From NCBI GenBank assembly GCA_963801355.1, contig CAWDEM010000008.1, positions 1,280,001 to 1,344,000 of the forward strand: a stretch of DNA of 64,000 nt. The letters are read 5' to 3'. The DNA is from Ignavibacteriota bacterium (GTDB lineage: Bacteria; Bacteroidota; Ignavibacteria; UBA10030; UBA6906). A program made the position numbers and the translations under genes. Below the pieces are notes generated by a model that had not been told where the DNA came from, did not search any database, and saw only the letters and a program-made list of their open reading frames with translations. This document shows positions 19,830-28,392 of this stretch, piece after piece (position 1 is the stretch's first letter; each line of letters starts with the position of its first letter).

Positions 19830-21320
19830 CTAGCGCAATAGCATCATCCGCCGCGTTGCCACGAACTCCCCGGCTCCGCTCTGGGAGTCTCGTGCGAGGG
19901 GAGAGTTCAGTGGAAAAACCTGCAACCGATAGAAGTATAAGCCGCTGGCCATGCCCGCCGCATTCCATGTCACTGCGTAATTCCCGGGCTCCTTCTTTTC
20001 ATTCACCAGCACCGCCACCTCGCTCCCCAGAAGGTCGTACACCTTCACAATGATGAATTGTGGATCTGCAATTGAGAATCGTATCGTCGTGCTCGGGTTG
20101 AACGGATTGGGATAGTTCTGCTGCAACGCGAACGCCAACGGTCGTTCCTGTTGCACCTCCGCGATCACATTGGCAATAATTGAAGCGCTGAGATGATCGG
20201 TGCCATTCAGATCCACTTGCCTCAAGCGGTAGGCATTGCCGCCGGGCGCAGCGGAACTATCGGCAAATGCGTAGTCATGCGGAGCACTTGACGTGCCATG
20301 CCCCGGGACGAAGCTATGCGGCAATTCATTCCACACGGTTTCACTCTCATGCTTCCGCTGGACAAAGTAGCCGTAATTGTTCACTTCACTGAGAGTCCGC
20401 CATTCCAGGCGCACATGGTTGCTCTGCACGGTGCCTGCAAACGATGCGAGTTGAACCGGCAACGGGGAAGAGGTTGCAGCGATGCCGGTCGGATGGGTCG
20501 CGATAAGGGGCAGCGTCTGCACGTTCGCTCCGTTCAGGTCGGCCCTCCTGATACGCGGCACGCCGATTTCCGTCCAATACATCAGTCCGGAAGCACCATC
20601 GACGGCAATATAATTCGGCGTCGAAAGACCCGAAACGAGGCTCGTGATCGCGCCCGGGATCACCGGACGCCGTCTGATCACATTTGCATTTGCCTCCGTC
20701 CAGTAGATGTTACCGTCATTGCCGAGTGCGACGCCCACCGGCCCGTTCAGACCGGTCACCAGGTCAGCGGGTGTGGTGACCCCCGTAACGTCTCCACTCA
20801 ATATCTTCCCGGAGCTGTAGTCCGCCCAGTAAAGGTTTGTGCCGTCTACGGCAATCCCTCTGAGATTCGTTCCGCTGCCGGGGGCGAATTGGTACACCTT
20901 CTGCCTGTTCGCGCCGCCGAGATCCGACTTCTCGATCGTTGCGCCCGTCGCGAGATTGGAGGTCGTCCAATAGACCTTTGCAGCGACGGGATCAACCGCA
21001 ATACCGCGAATAACTGAACCACCCGTGTTGATCGCAACAATGCCGCCGAGATCAGGGAGGGTGCTATTCACGTTGGCATTCGTGTAGGCCAGCTCGCCGA
21101 AGTAGATCATATTGTGCACCGCATCCACTGCCACCCCCTCAGGGAGGGATTTTGCAGTGAGAGGCACTGTGGTCACATTTCCTCCTGCGAGATCCGATCT
21201 GTTTAGCGTAGGCGATGCAAAAGAAGCATCGACCCAATAGATGTATTGTCCGATTACTTCTTTACCCGGCAGCACGATCATGCCAAAGCAAAGCAGCCCA
21301 AGACCCCACGATTTCTTCAT
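19830..21320 (-). CDS. Secreted YWTD/LDL-receptor class B-like beta-propeller protein with T9SS-type C-terminal sorting domain
   Basis: Six blades (IYWVD, IYFGE, VYWTT, LYWAD, IYWTE, MYWTE), PLPVQLASF linker, QNYPNPFNPSTTI C-terminal domain. Confidence 0.8.
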   Translation of the reverse strand: MKKSWGLGLLCFGMIVLPGKEVIGQYIYWVDASFASPTLNRSDLAGGNVTTVPLTAKSLPEGVAVDAVHNMIYFGELAYTNANVNSTLPDLGGIVAINTGGSVIRGIAVDPVAAKVYWTTSNLATGATIEKSDLGGANRQKVYQFAPGSGTNLRGIAVDGTNLYWADYSSGKILSGDVTGVTTPADLVTGLNGPVGVALGNDGNIYWTEANANVIRRRPVIPGAITSLVSGLSTPNYIAVDGASGLMYWTEIGVPRIRRADLNGANVQTLPLIATHPTGIAATSSPLPVQLASFAGTVQSNHVRLEWRTLSEVNNYGYFVQRKHESETVWNELPHSFVPGHGTSSAPHDYAFADSSAAPGGNAYRLRQVDLNGTDHLSASIIANVIAEVQQERPLAFALQQNYPNPFNPSTTIRFSIADPQFIIVKVYDLLGSEVAVLVNEKKEPGNYAVTWNAAGMASGLYFYRLQVFPLNSPLARDSQSGAGEFVATRRMMLLR

Positions 21321-21345
21321 TGTATTCCCCAGGGGATTGTGTGTC

Positions 21346-21960
21346 TTAGTTTTGTGATGGGAATACTCCCTGCAGGGCAATTATCCAATTGAGAGTGACG
21401 TACGGCTGCATGTTGTTGTGAGGCTGACTGCCACCGGAAGACTGAACTCCGCTGGCTGACATCGTCCCTGTTGCACTTCCCCCATATTGCGGGACGCCCG
21501 CTGCGTTGCGGGCAGGCAGTCCGCCGTTCGGTCTCTCGGATGTCCCGACTGATGTATCTGCACTCAGAAGGTGCGAATGTGCAGGAATTTCACTGACTGT
21601 CAACGTATGACTTTCCTCGCCGCCGGTTTGTCCGAGTATGTAGTTGCTGAGCCCGGGACCTTGCCCGGAGCTTATTGGCACGCGTCCGCGCAAATCAGGC
21701 AGAGCAAAAGTGGTTTGGCCGTTGCCGCCGTACGTCGTTCCTAGAAGGGCAAAAAGGGCCTGATTCTGGTTGATCGACAGGAGCTGACCGTTGCAGAGCG
21801 CCCACCCCTTCGGCGGAAAGTTGTAGGGAACCAGCGCGAGTTGTCCGAGAAATGGATCAGTGGCCTGGGCAAACACTGAAGGGGCGGTCGCGGCAAGCAT
21901 CAGCGCAAGACCGCATGTGGCGGCGAACCAGCCGACGTGAGTGCAAAGAGATGGCTTCAT
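21346..21960 (-). CDS. Phage tail-collar domain / microcystin-dependent protein (MdpB-like) with signal peptide
   Basis: PFLGQL...NFPPKGWALCNGQLL...ALFALLGTTYGGNG.TTFALPDLRGRVP...PHNNMQPY...IIALQGVFP. Confidence 0.88.
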   Translation of the reverse strand: MKPSLCTHVGWFAATCGLALMLAATAPSVFAQATDPFLGQLALVPYNFPPKGWALCNGQLLSINQNQALFALLGTTYGGNGQTTFALPDLRGRVPISSGQGPGLSNYILGQTGGEESHTLTVSEIPAHSHLLSADTSVGTSERPNGGLPARNAAGVPQYGGSATGTMSASGVQSSGGSQPHNNMQPYVTLNWIIALQGVFPSQN

Positions 21961-22188
21961 ACCACTTCTCCTGTTGATATGGGGTCTACCTGTTTAGCGC
22001 ATCAACATTCTGAACAGCAAATGTTCATCTTTTGTTTCCCAGACTGGTTATGCCGGCGGGACGGGACTCATGTGCTCAGGATAGAAACAGAAATAGCCCG
22101 TACACATCGGGCTATTTCTGTGACAACGCGTCACATTTGATTGAGAGATGCAGACCGTCCACCTTGCAGGCCGTCCGTCCTTGCTCCC

Positions 22189-24285
22189 TCAGCGCAGGAG
22201 GAGCATTATCCGGCTTTCAACGTACGTCCCCGCGACGAGTCGGTACCAGTACACTCCGCTTGCGAGGCCGGATGCATCGAATGTTACATCATAAGTCCCC
22301 GGGCTTCTGGGTGCATTCACGAGCACGGCCACTTCCCTTCCCAACAAGTCATACACGTTGAGTGCAACCCAGCCGGATCCCGGCTCCTGTCCCCGGGACC
22401 CTTCTGCTCCGCCTGCCACCACAAACCCGATTGTTGTGACCGGATTGAACGGGTTCGGGTAGTTCTGAAGCAGCGCGGATCCCCCGGGCACACCCGGTTC
22501 CAGGACTGACGTGACCATTTGAGAAAGCGGTCTGCGCCAGACGCCGGTGGAAGCTGTTCCTGCAAAGAGATCGGAGCCGACAGCAACAAAAGAGCGAATG
22601 TTCTTTTCAGTGATCCCCGTGTCCGCTGCGGTCCATGACGAGCCGTTGTTTGACGAAAGGAAAATACCTGAGCTCGTCCCTGCAAATATGTTCGCTCCGA
22701 CGGCTGTCAGAGCCATCACAGTCTTGCTCCCCATTCCCCCGCTTGCGTTCGTCCATTCTCCGCCGCCGTTCGTCGACCGGAACACGCCGCTGCCGTTTGT
22801 GCCGGCGTAGACGTACCCGCCGTCGGCGGCAAGAGAGTAGATGTTCAGGTTGGTAAGCCCTGTGTTGGTCTGCGCCCAGTTGACGCCGTTGTCTGTGGTC
22901 GCCCAGATTCCATCTGTATACGAACCGGCAAGGAGTCTGGTACCACTGTATGTGAGAGCGTAGATATTCGTAGGGGTGAGACCTCCGCTCGCTGATGTCC
23001 AATTCAGACCATGGTCCGTGGAACGAATGACTCCGTCCATGGCCGTCCCGGCGAAGATCCCCGCATCGCGCTCAGTAAAAGTCCGGATATACGACACCCC
23101 CCCGGAATTCGCAGGCGTCCAGGCTGTGCCACTGTTGGTGGAGAGAAAGACCCCGGAGACTGTGCCTGCGACCAGATACGAACCACTGACAATAAGCGCG
23201 GTTGCAGACCAATCTGTCACCGCGTCGTTTGCGGGGGTCCATGTCACGCCCTTGTTGGTCGTTCGGAACATACCTGCATAGTACGTTCCTGCGACGAGGT
23301 AGCTTCCACTCGCGCAGAGGCTGGAGGCTGTTGTCTGTTTGATTCCGTTGGCGGATGCCGTCCAGCTTGTGCCCTTGTTCGTGGTACGAAAGGGTCCACC
23401 TCCCTCGGTTCCGGCAAAGAGGCCGGCCGAATGAACCGCAAGCGCATGAACGCTGTTGTTGGGCAGTCCTGACTTGGCGGCAGTCCAGTTTGTACCACTG
23501 TTTGTTGAGAAGTAGACGCCGTAGGTGGACCCGGCAAAGAGATCTGTGCCATTGACGCATAGGCAGCGGACGTAGGAGCCTGCATTCCCCGCGTTGACTG
23601 CCGTCCAATTCCCACCGTAGTTGGTCGACCGGTAGACGCCGCCCCCATCCGTACCGGCGAAGAGCGTGCTCCCTAGGAATGTCAGTGCCTTGACATCCTT
23701 CGTAACCAGCCCATTGCTTTTTTGAGTCCAACCGGCTCCGCTATCCGTTGACACATAGACGCCGCCGTACCGGGTCCCGGCAAAGAGGGTATCCCTCTTC
23801 GTCTGCAGAGCCCATACGGTGTCGTTCACAAGGCCGGAGTTCACGGCGACCCAGTTTGTTCCATCGTTGGTGGAACGGAACACTCCCCCTCCCTCCGTTC
23901 CGGCAAATATCACCGTCCCATTGACTGCCAGTGCGTATACGGATTTCGTGGTCATGCCGTCTGACACCGCCAGCCAATTTGCGCCGTTGTCGGATGACCG
24001 GTATACGCCGTAGCCAATTGTACCGGCAAAGAGCAACGAGCCTTTGGCGGCGAGCGCCCGGACACCGGAGCTGACAAGCCCGGTGCTTGTCTGCGTCCAG
24101 ATGTTACCGCCGTCGGTGGAACGATACACGCCGCCCTTGTAGAGCCCAGCAAAAAGGTCCGTCCCTTTCACGGCAAGTGCCCACGCGGTTCCTCCACATG
24201 GGCCGCTCGTTTGCTGCCATTGAGCGGGCGCGGAGACATAAAGGAAAAGGAGAATGGCTGCGAGACACGAATGCACTCTGTTCAT
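22189..24285 (-). CDS. Secreted BNR/Asp-box repeat beta-propeller protein with T9SS-type C-terminal domain
   Basis: Many LFAGT-xx-GV(F/Y)RSTxxGxxW repeats; ATG 24285 with GGAGGAGG RBS; QNYPNPFNP domain. Confidence 0.85.
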   Translation of the reverse strand: MNRVHSCLAAILLFLYVSAPAQWQQTSGPCGGTAWALAVKGTDLFAGLYKGGVYRSTDGGNIWTQTSTGLVSSGVRALAAKGSLLFAGTIGYGVYRSSDNGANWLAVSDGMTTKSVYALAVNGTVIFAGTEGGGVFRSTNDGTNWVAVNSGLVNDTVWALQTKRDTLFAGTRYGGVYVSTDSGAGWTQKSNGLVTKDVKALTFLGSTLFAGTDGGGVYRSTNYGGNWTAVNAGNAGSYVRCLCVNGTDLFAGSTYGVYFSTNSGTNWTAAKSGLPNNSVHALAVHSAGLFAGTEGGGPFRTTNKGTSWTASANGIKQTTASSLCASGSYLVAGTYYAGMFRTTNKGVTWTPANDAVTDWSATALIVSGSYLVAGTVSGVFLSTNSGTAWTPANSGGVSYIRTFTERDAGIFAGTAMDGVIRSTDHGLNWTSASGGLTPTNIYALTYSGTRLLAGSYTDGIWATTDNGVNWAQTNTGLTNLNIYSLAADGGYVYAGTNGSGVFRSTNGGGEWTNASGGMGSKTVMALTAVGANIFAGTSSGIFLSSNNGSSWTAADTGITEKNIRSFVAVGSDLFAGTASTGVWRRPLSQMVTSVLEPGVPGGSALLQNYPNPFNPVTTIGFVVAGGAEGSRGQEPGSGWVALNVYDLLGREVAVLVNAPRSPGTYDVTFDASGLASGVYWYRLVAGTYVESRIMLLLR

Positions 24286-24466
24286 GTTGACCTCCTCCGG
24301 TATTCCGGCTTCGCACATGAAGCGGTTTATGCTGCCTGCATGCGAAAGGACAACCGCCTGGAAAAATGCTGGCTTGTCCATAGGCAAAGAACTGGAATGG
24401 CGTTGGGGAATGGAAGCCGCTGCGGGGAATATAGTGAAGGCCAGGTGGAGTGTCAAACCTATCCTT

Positions 24467-24556
24467 GCACCATGACATTTCTTTTAAGCTATAACAGCAC
24501 CATGACATTTCTATTAAGCTATAACACACCATGACATTTCTAATAAGCACAATAAC
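24467..24556. repeat. AT-rich ~30-bp tandem repeat x3 in divergent intergenic region
   Basis: CACCATGACATTTCT(T/A)(T/A)TAAGC(TA)TAACA-like units at about 24467, 24497 and 24527. Confidence 0.85.
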
Positions 24557-24660
24557 ATGATATGTGTGCCCCCTTCAAGAAGCCCTTCTCGCTTTTGTCC
24601 TTCCTGATGAATATATTCCCCTCATCCTTACAGATCGTCAATAATATAGGGTATGAAGCG

Positions 24661-25836
24661 ATGAGGACCTCCACTCTCATGCTCCTGCTTTCCTTCCTCC
24701 TCTCCGGCACCTTCTCTTCCGGTTGTGGCAAACAGGGCAATGGCCATTCCGGAACGACACCGGAAGGCGGAAATGGGACAGCAACCGGTTCCGGCGACGA
24801 GTCCCAAAGACCTCCCATGCGCTTCCGGACGGAAGTATGCATCGATCGAACCGGAACGGGCAAAGAGGCGTTCAGGATGCTCGTACCGGCGGAGTGGAAA
24901 TTTGCGGGGGGGATCACATGGACTCTGGACAGACCCGGCATGCCCGCAACCGCCTGGCTGCGTGCGACCAATCCGGCAGCCCCCGAAGAACTGGAAGTAT
25001 TTCCGAACCAATCATTCTTCTGGTCGGACAGCCCCATGCAACAGCAGCTGTTCCCTCCCGGCACGAAGTACTTCGGCGCCGAAGTGCGAACGCCCGTCGG
25101 ACCGATCCAGGCACTGAAGTCGATCGTGCTCAGACGCTTCCGCAGCGCGGCGAAAAATCTGACAGTCACACATGAAGAGCGAATGCCTGACCTGGCCGCG
25201 GCACTCGGCGTATCATCACAGGCACCGGGAATGGGCGCTGACGGCGGAAAGATCCGTGTCAGATACACACTGGGCAAGACGGCTGTAGAGGAGGAGCTGT
25301 TTGCCCTGGTCGAGACTTTCAAGATTCCGATTCAGTCCATGTACGGGACAACCACAAGCAACTTCTGGACAGTCAGTTACATATTCTCCGTGAAAGCCCC
25401 CGAGGGCCGGCTTGATTCTCTCGGGGCGCTGTTCCGCACAATGGGTTCTTCGTTCCGCGTAAACCCTCAATGGATGAATACGTACGTGCAGGTGGTGAAC
25501 TTCCTGATTCAGAACCAGATGCGCCAGATCAGAAATGCGGGCGAGTTGAGCAGGATTATCAGTCAGACTCACCGGGAGATTTCAGATGACATGATGCGCT
25601 CCTGGGAGGAACGTCAGGGCGTGTACGACCGGCTCTCGGAACGCTTCAGTCAAAACATCCGGGGAGTGGACGCGTACTACGATCCCGTGTCGGAACGATC
25701 CGTGGAGCTTCCCTCAGGGTACCGGAACGCGTGGGTGAATGGGTTGGGTGAATATGTGATTACGGAACAGGAGGACTACAATCCGAACATCGGTTCGAAC
25801 CAGAACTGGCAGCGCATGGAGAGAAAAGATCACTAG
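24661..25836 (+). CDS. Hypothetical lipoprotein
   Basis: MRTSTL... hydrophobic signal ending FSSGC; coding-like composition; no family recognised. Confidence 0.75.
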   Translation: MRTSTLMLLLSFLLSGTFSSGCGKQGNGHSGTTPEGGNGTATGSGDESQRPPMRFRTEVCIDRTGTGKEAFRMLVPAEWKFAGGITWTLDRPGMPATAWLRATNPAAPEELEVFPNQSFFWSDSPMQQQLFPPGTKYFGAEVRTPVGPIQALKSIVLRRFRSAAKNLTVTHEERMPDLAAALGVSSQAPGMGADGGKIRVRYTLGKTAVEEELFALVETFKIPIQSMYGTTTSNFWTVSYIFSVKAPEGRLDSLGALFRTMGSSFRVNPQWMNTYVQVVNFLIQNQMRQIRNAGELSRIISQTHREISDDMMRSWEERQGVYDRLSERFSQNIRGVDAYYDPVSERSVELPSGYRNAWVNGLGEYVITEQEDYNPNIGSNQNWQRMERKDH

Positions 25837-25901
25837 AAGATGCCGCAGCGGGTTGCGATGGGCCGTATAGCGTGAGAGCCCTGAGTCCCGCGATATTCCG
25901 A

Positions 25902-27092
25902 TCATCTGACCAGCAGCATTGTCCGCGTGCTTGCATGTCCCCCTGCATCCAACCGGTACAGGTAGGCCCCGCTGGATAATCCATCCGCCTCGAAGGCGCG
26001 CTCGTACCTTCCCGGCTCCAGCGTATCATCCACCACCGTCGCCACCTCCCGTCCGAGCATGTCATATATCTTGAGTGTGATGCGGGACTGATACTCTCCT
26101 CCGCCCTGACTGCCGGAGGGGAGCGAGAACCCGAAATGCGAAATGCCATTAAACGGATTGGGGTAGTTGGCAAAAAGCTCCGGGCCTGTCAGCTGCAGGG
26201 CTCCATGCTCCTCCACGCCGGTGACCGCGAGACGGATCCGGTAGACGGATGTGCCGGACGTCATATAAAGAGTCTTCCCGTCAGTATCACCCCAATTGCA
26301 GTTTGACGTTTGGCCGGGCACGAGAATAGTGTCCAGGACAGCCCCGTCTGGCCCGAAGACCCAGACACCCAGAGGTGCTGCGCAAAACAGATTTCCTTTG
26401 GCATCCACCTTCATCCCGTCAGCATAACCCGTGGGTGCTATTGCAGCAAAGCGCCGTTTGTTGGCGATTGTCGAATCATTCACCACATCCCACACATAGA
26501 CAACGCGTTCCTGGGAATTATTCACATAGAGTTTGGACTCATCGGGCGAGAAACATATCCCATTCGGGAGGGCCAGTGAACTATCGAGAAGCTGCAGCGT
26601 TCCTGCCGGACTGATCCGGTAGATTCCTGAAAATGACAGCTCTGCCTTTTCGCCGGTGGGAATATTGAACGGAGGATCGGTGAAGAAGATAGCGCCATCC
26701 GATTTCACCGCGAGGTCGTTGGGACTGTTGAGTTTCTTCCCGTTGTACAGGGTGGCGAGAGGTGTTTGAGTGCCGCTATGCTCGCGCCGGGCAACGCGCC
26801 GCAGACCGGTCTGGGCGAGGATGAGCCTGCCCTGGGCATCGAATGCCAGTCCGTTCGCGTTTGCCGACGGCCGCAGGAACACCTGCACATCCCCGGGTGC
26901 CGTCCACTTGTACACGGTATTCCCGGGAATGTCGGAGAAGAGCAGACCTGTGCTGTCGCTCCATACCGGTCCTTCCACGAACTGGAATCCCTTGGCCACC
27001 AGTTCCACGGTTGCTCCTGAGGGAACCGGAGACTGTGCCGCGGCGAGTGAAGCGATCAGAAAAATCGACCAGAGGGCTTTGCTCATTGTCAT
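25902..27092 (-). CDS. SMP-30/gluconolactonase-family protein with T9SS-type C-terminal domain
   Basis: FVEGPVW, LNSPNDL, FFTDPP, PNGICFSPDE, ADGMKVD motifs; ANYPNPFN domain. Confidence 0.9.
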   Translation of the reverse strand: MTMSKALWSIFLIASLAAAQSPVPSGATVELVAKGFQFVEGPVWSDSTGLLFSDIPGNTVYKWTAPGDVQVFLRPSANANGLAFDAQGRLILAQTGLRRVARREHSGTQTPLATLYNGKKLNSPNDLAVKSDGAIFFTDPPFNIPTGEKAELSFSGIYRISPAGTLQLLDSSLALPNGICFSPDESKLYVNNSQERVVYVWDVVNDSTIANKRRFAAIAPTGYADGMKVDAKGNLFCAAPLGVWVFGPDGAVLDTILVPGQTSNCNWGDTDGKTLYMTSGTSVYRIRLAVTGVEEHGALQLTGPELFANYPNPFNGISHFGFSLPSGSQGGGEYQSRITLKIYDMLGREVATVVDDTLEPGRYERAFEADGLSSGAYLYRLDAGGHASTRTMLLVR

Positions 27093-27212
27093 TCTCTTTT
27101 CTTTATAATAGACCTTTGAATATGACAAGTCAAGGGGGGGCGCCCCTTCCTCTAATTTCAAGATTGCCTGTGAGCATAATCTTGCGGATATTCCTATGAA
27201 GGACAGGCACCG

Positions 27213-28292
27213 ATGCCGAAGAAACAGACAAAGACCAGGGTCATCGTTCTCTATAACCAGGTCGGTGAGGACGAATACCAGAAGTTGAAGGGGGTCGATC
27301 CGTCGACTCTCGGATTCGAGACCGAATACCCCATTGACGTTTCGAGCGCCCAGGAAGAGTATACAGCCCTCGTGGATGCTCTGCGGAGCGAGGGCTTCGA
27401 TGCCAGGGCGGTGAATGTCAAGGAGGACCTCGGCAGGCTCCAACGACTACTGCAGAGGGACCCCCCCGATGTAGTGTTCAACCTGGTTGAGTTCTTCCAC
27501 GACAACGCCAGGCTTGAGGGAAGCGTAGCCGGCTTTTTCGAACTGCTCCGGATACCCTATACAGGCTCCGGCCCGTTTGCCCTCACCCTGTGCCAACGCA
27601 AAGCCCTGACAAAACAAGTCCTTCTCGCCAACGGTGTGCCTACCCCCCGGTATCGTCTCCTGACTCAACCCGTGGTTCCGAAACGACACGGCCTCCACTA
27701 CCCGCTCATCGTAAAGCCCGCCCGAGAAGATGCAAGCATAGGTCTCGATAAGGGATCGGTCGTCTATGACTACCAGAGCCTGGTCGAGCGTGTCAACATG
27801 ATCTTCACCTCGTTCAGACCCCCCATGATCGTCGAGGAGTTCATCGAAGGCCGGGAACTCCACGTTTCGATTCTCGGTAATGATCCACCGGTTGTGCTCC
27901 CGATCATCGGGTTTGACTTCTCCGGCCTTCCGCCGGACTACCCGAGCATTATCAGCTATGCGGTGAAATGGAACCCGCTCGAGGAATCATATCACCGCGT
28001 CCACTCTGAGTGCCCCGCCAAACTCTCGCAGAGGCTGAAGAATAAGGTGGAAGCAATATCGCTGGCAGCCTACAGGATTACCGGCGTACGGGACTACGCC
28101 CGGCTGGATCTCAGACTCGATGCACAAAACCATCTCTACGTTCTGGAGGTGAATCCGAACCCTGATCTGACGGAGGGAGTTTCCTTCATGGAGTCGGCCG
28201 AGAAAGCCGGGTTGTCCTTTTCCACCACTCTCCGGAAGATCGTGGAGTTCGCCCTCGACCGCAGAAGCGGAATGCACGGGAAGATATCGTAG
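27213..28292 (+). CDS. D-Ala-D-Ala ligase-like ATP-grasp protein
   Basis: VVFNLVE, IPYTGSG, IVKPAREDASIG, VEEFIEGRE, ARLDLRL, LEVNPNPD motifs. Confidence 0.85.
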   Translation: MPKKQTKTRVIVLYNQVGEDEYQKLKGVDPSTLGFETEYPIDVSSAQEEYTALVDALRSEGFDARAVNVKEDLGRLQRLLQRDPPDVVFNLVEFFHDNARLEGSVAGFFELLRIPYTGSGPFALTLCQRKALTKQVLLANGVPTPRYRLLTQPVVPKRHGLHYPLIVKPAREDASIGLDKGSVVYDYQSLVERVNMIFTSFRPPMIVEEFIEGRELHVSILGNDPPVVLPIIGFDFSGLPPDYPSIISYAVKWNPLEESYHRVHSECPAKLSQRLKNKVEAISLAAYRITGVRDYARLDLRLDAQNHLYVLEVNPNPDLTEGVSFMESAEKAGLSFSTTLRKIVEFALDRRSGMHGKIS

Positions 28293-28392
28293 CCGCTGCA
28301 GACATATCCGCCCTTGCCCTCTCATTCTTCCCCGAAGAGCAGCAGCATGGCCAGGATGGCCGGGAGAATGGAAGTATTGCGGACGAGGGCGC

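Noticed and set aside
21346-21960. Prophage or contractile injection system suggested by the tail-collar domain
   Set aside because: No integrase, capsid, terminase, sheath, tube or baseplate genes in the window.
22189-24285. Internal DNA repetitiveness as a mobile or nucleotide-level repeat
   Set aside because: Explained by protein-level BNR/Asp-box propeller repeats.
24467-24556. Possible CRISPR array
   Set aside because: Units are directly adjacent with no unique spacers, and no cas genes are present.
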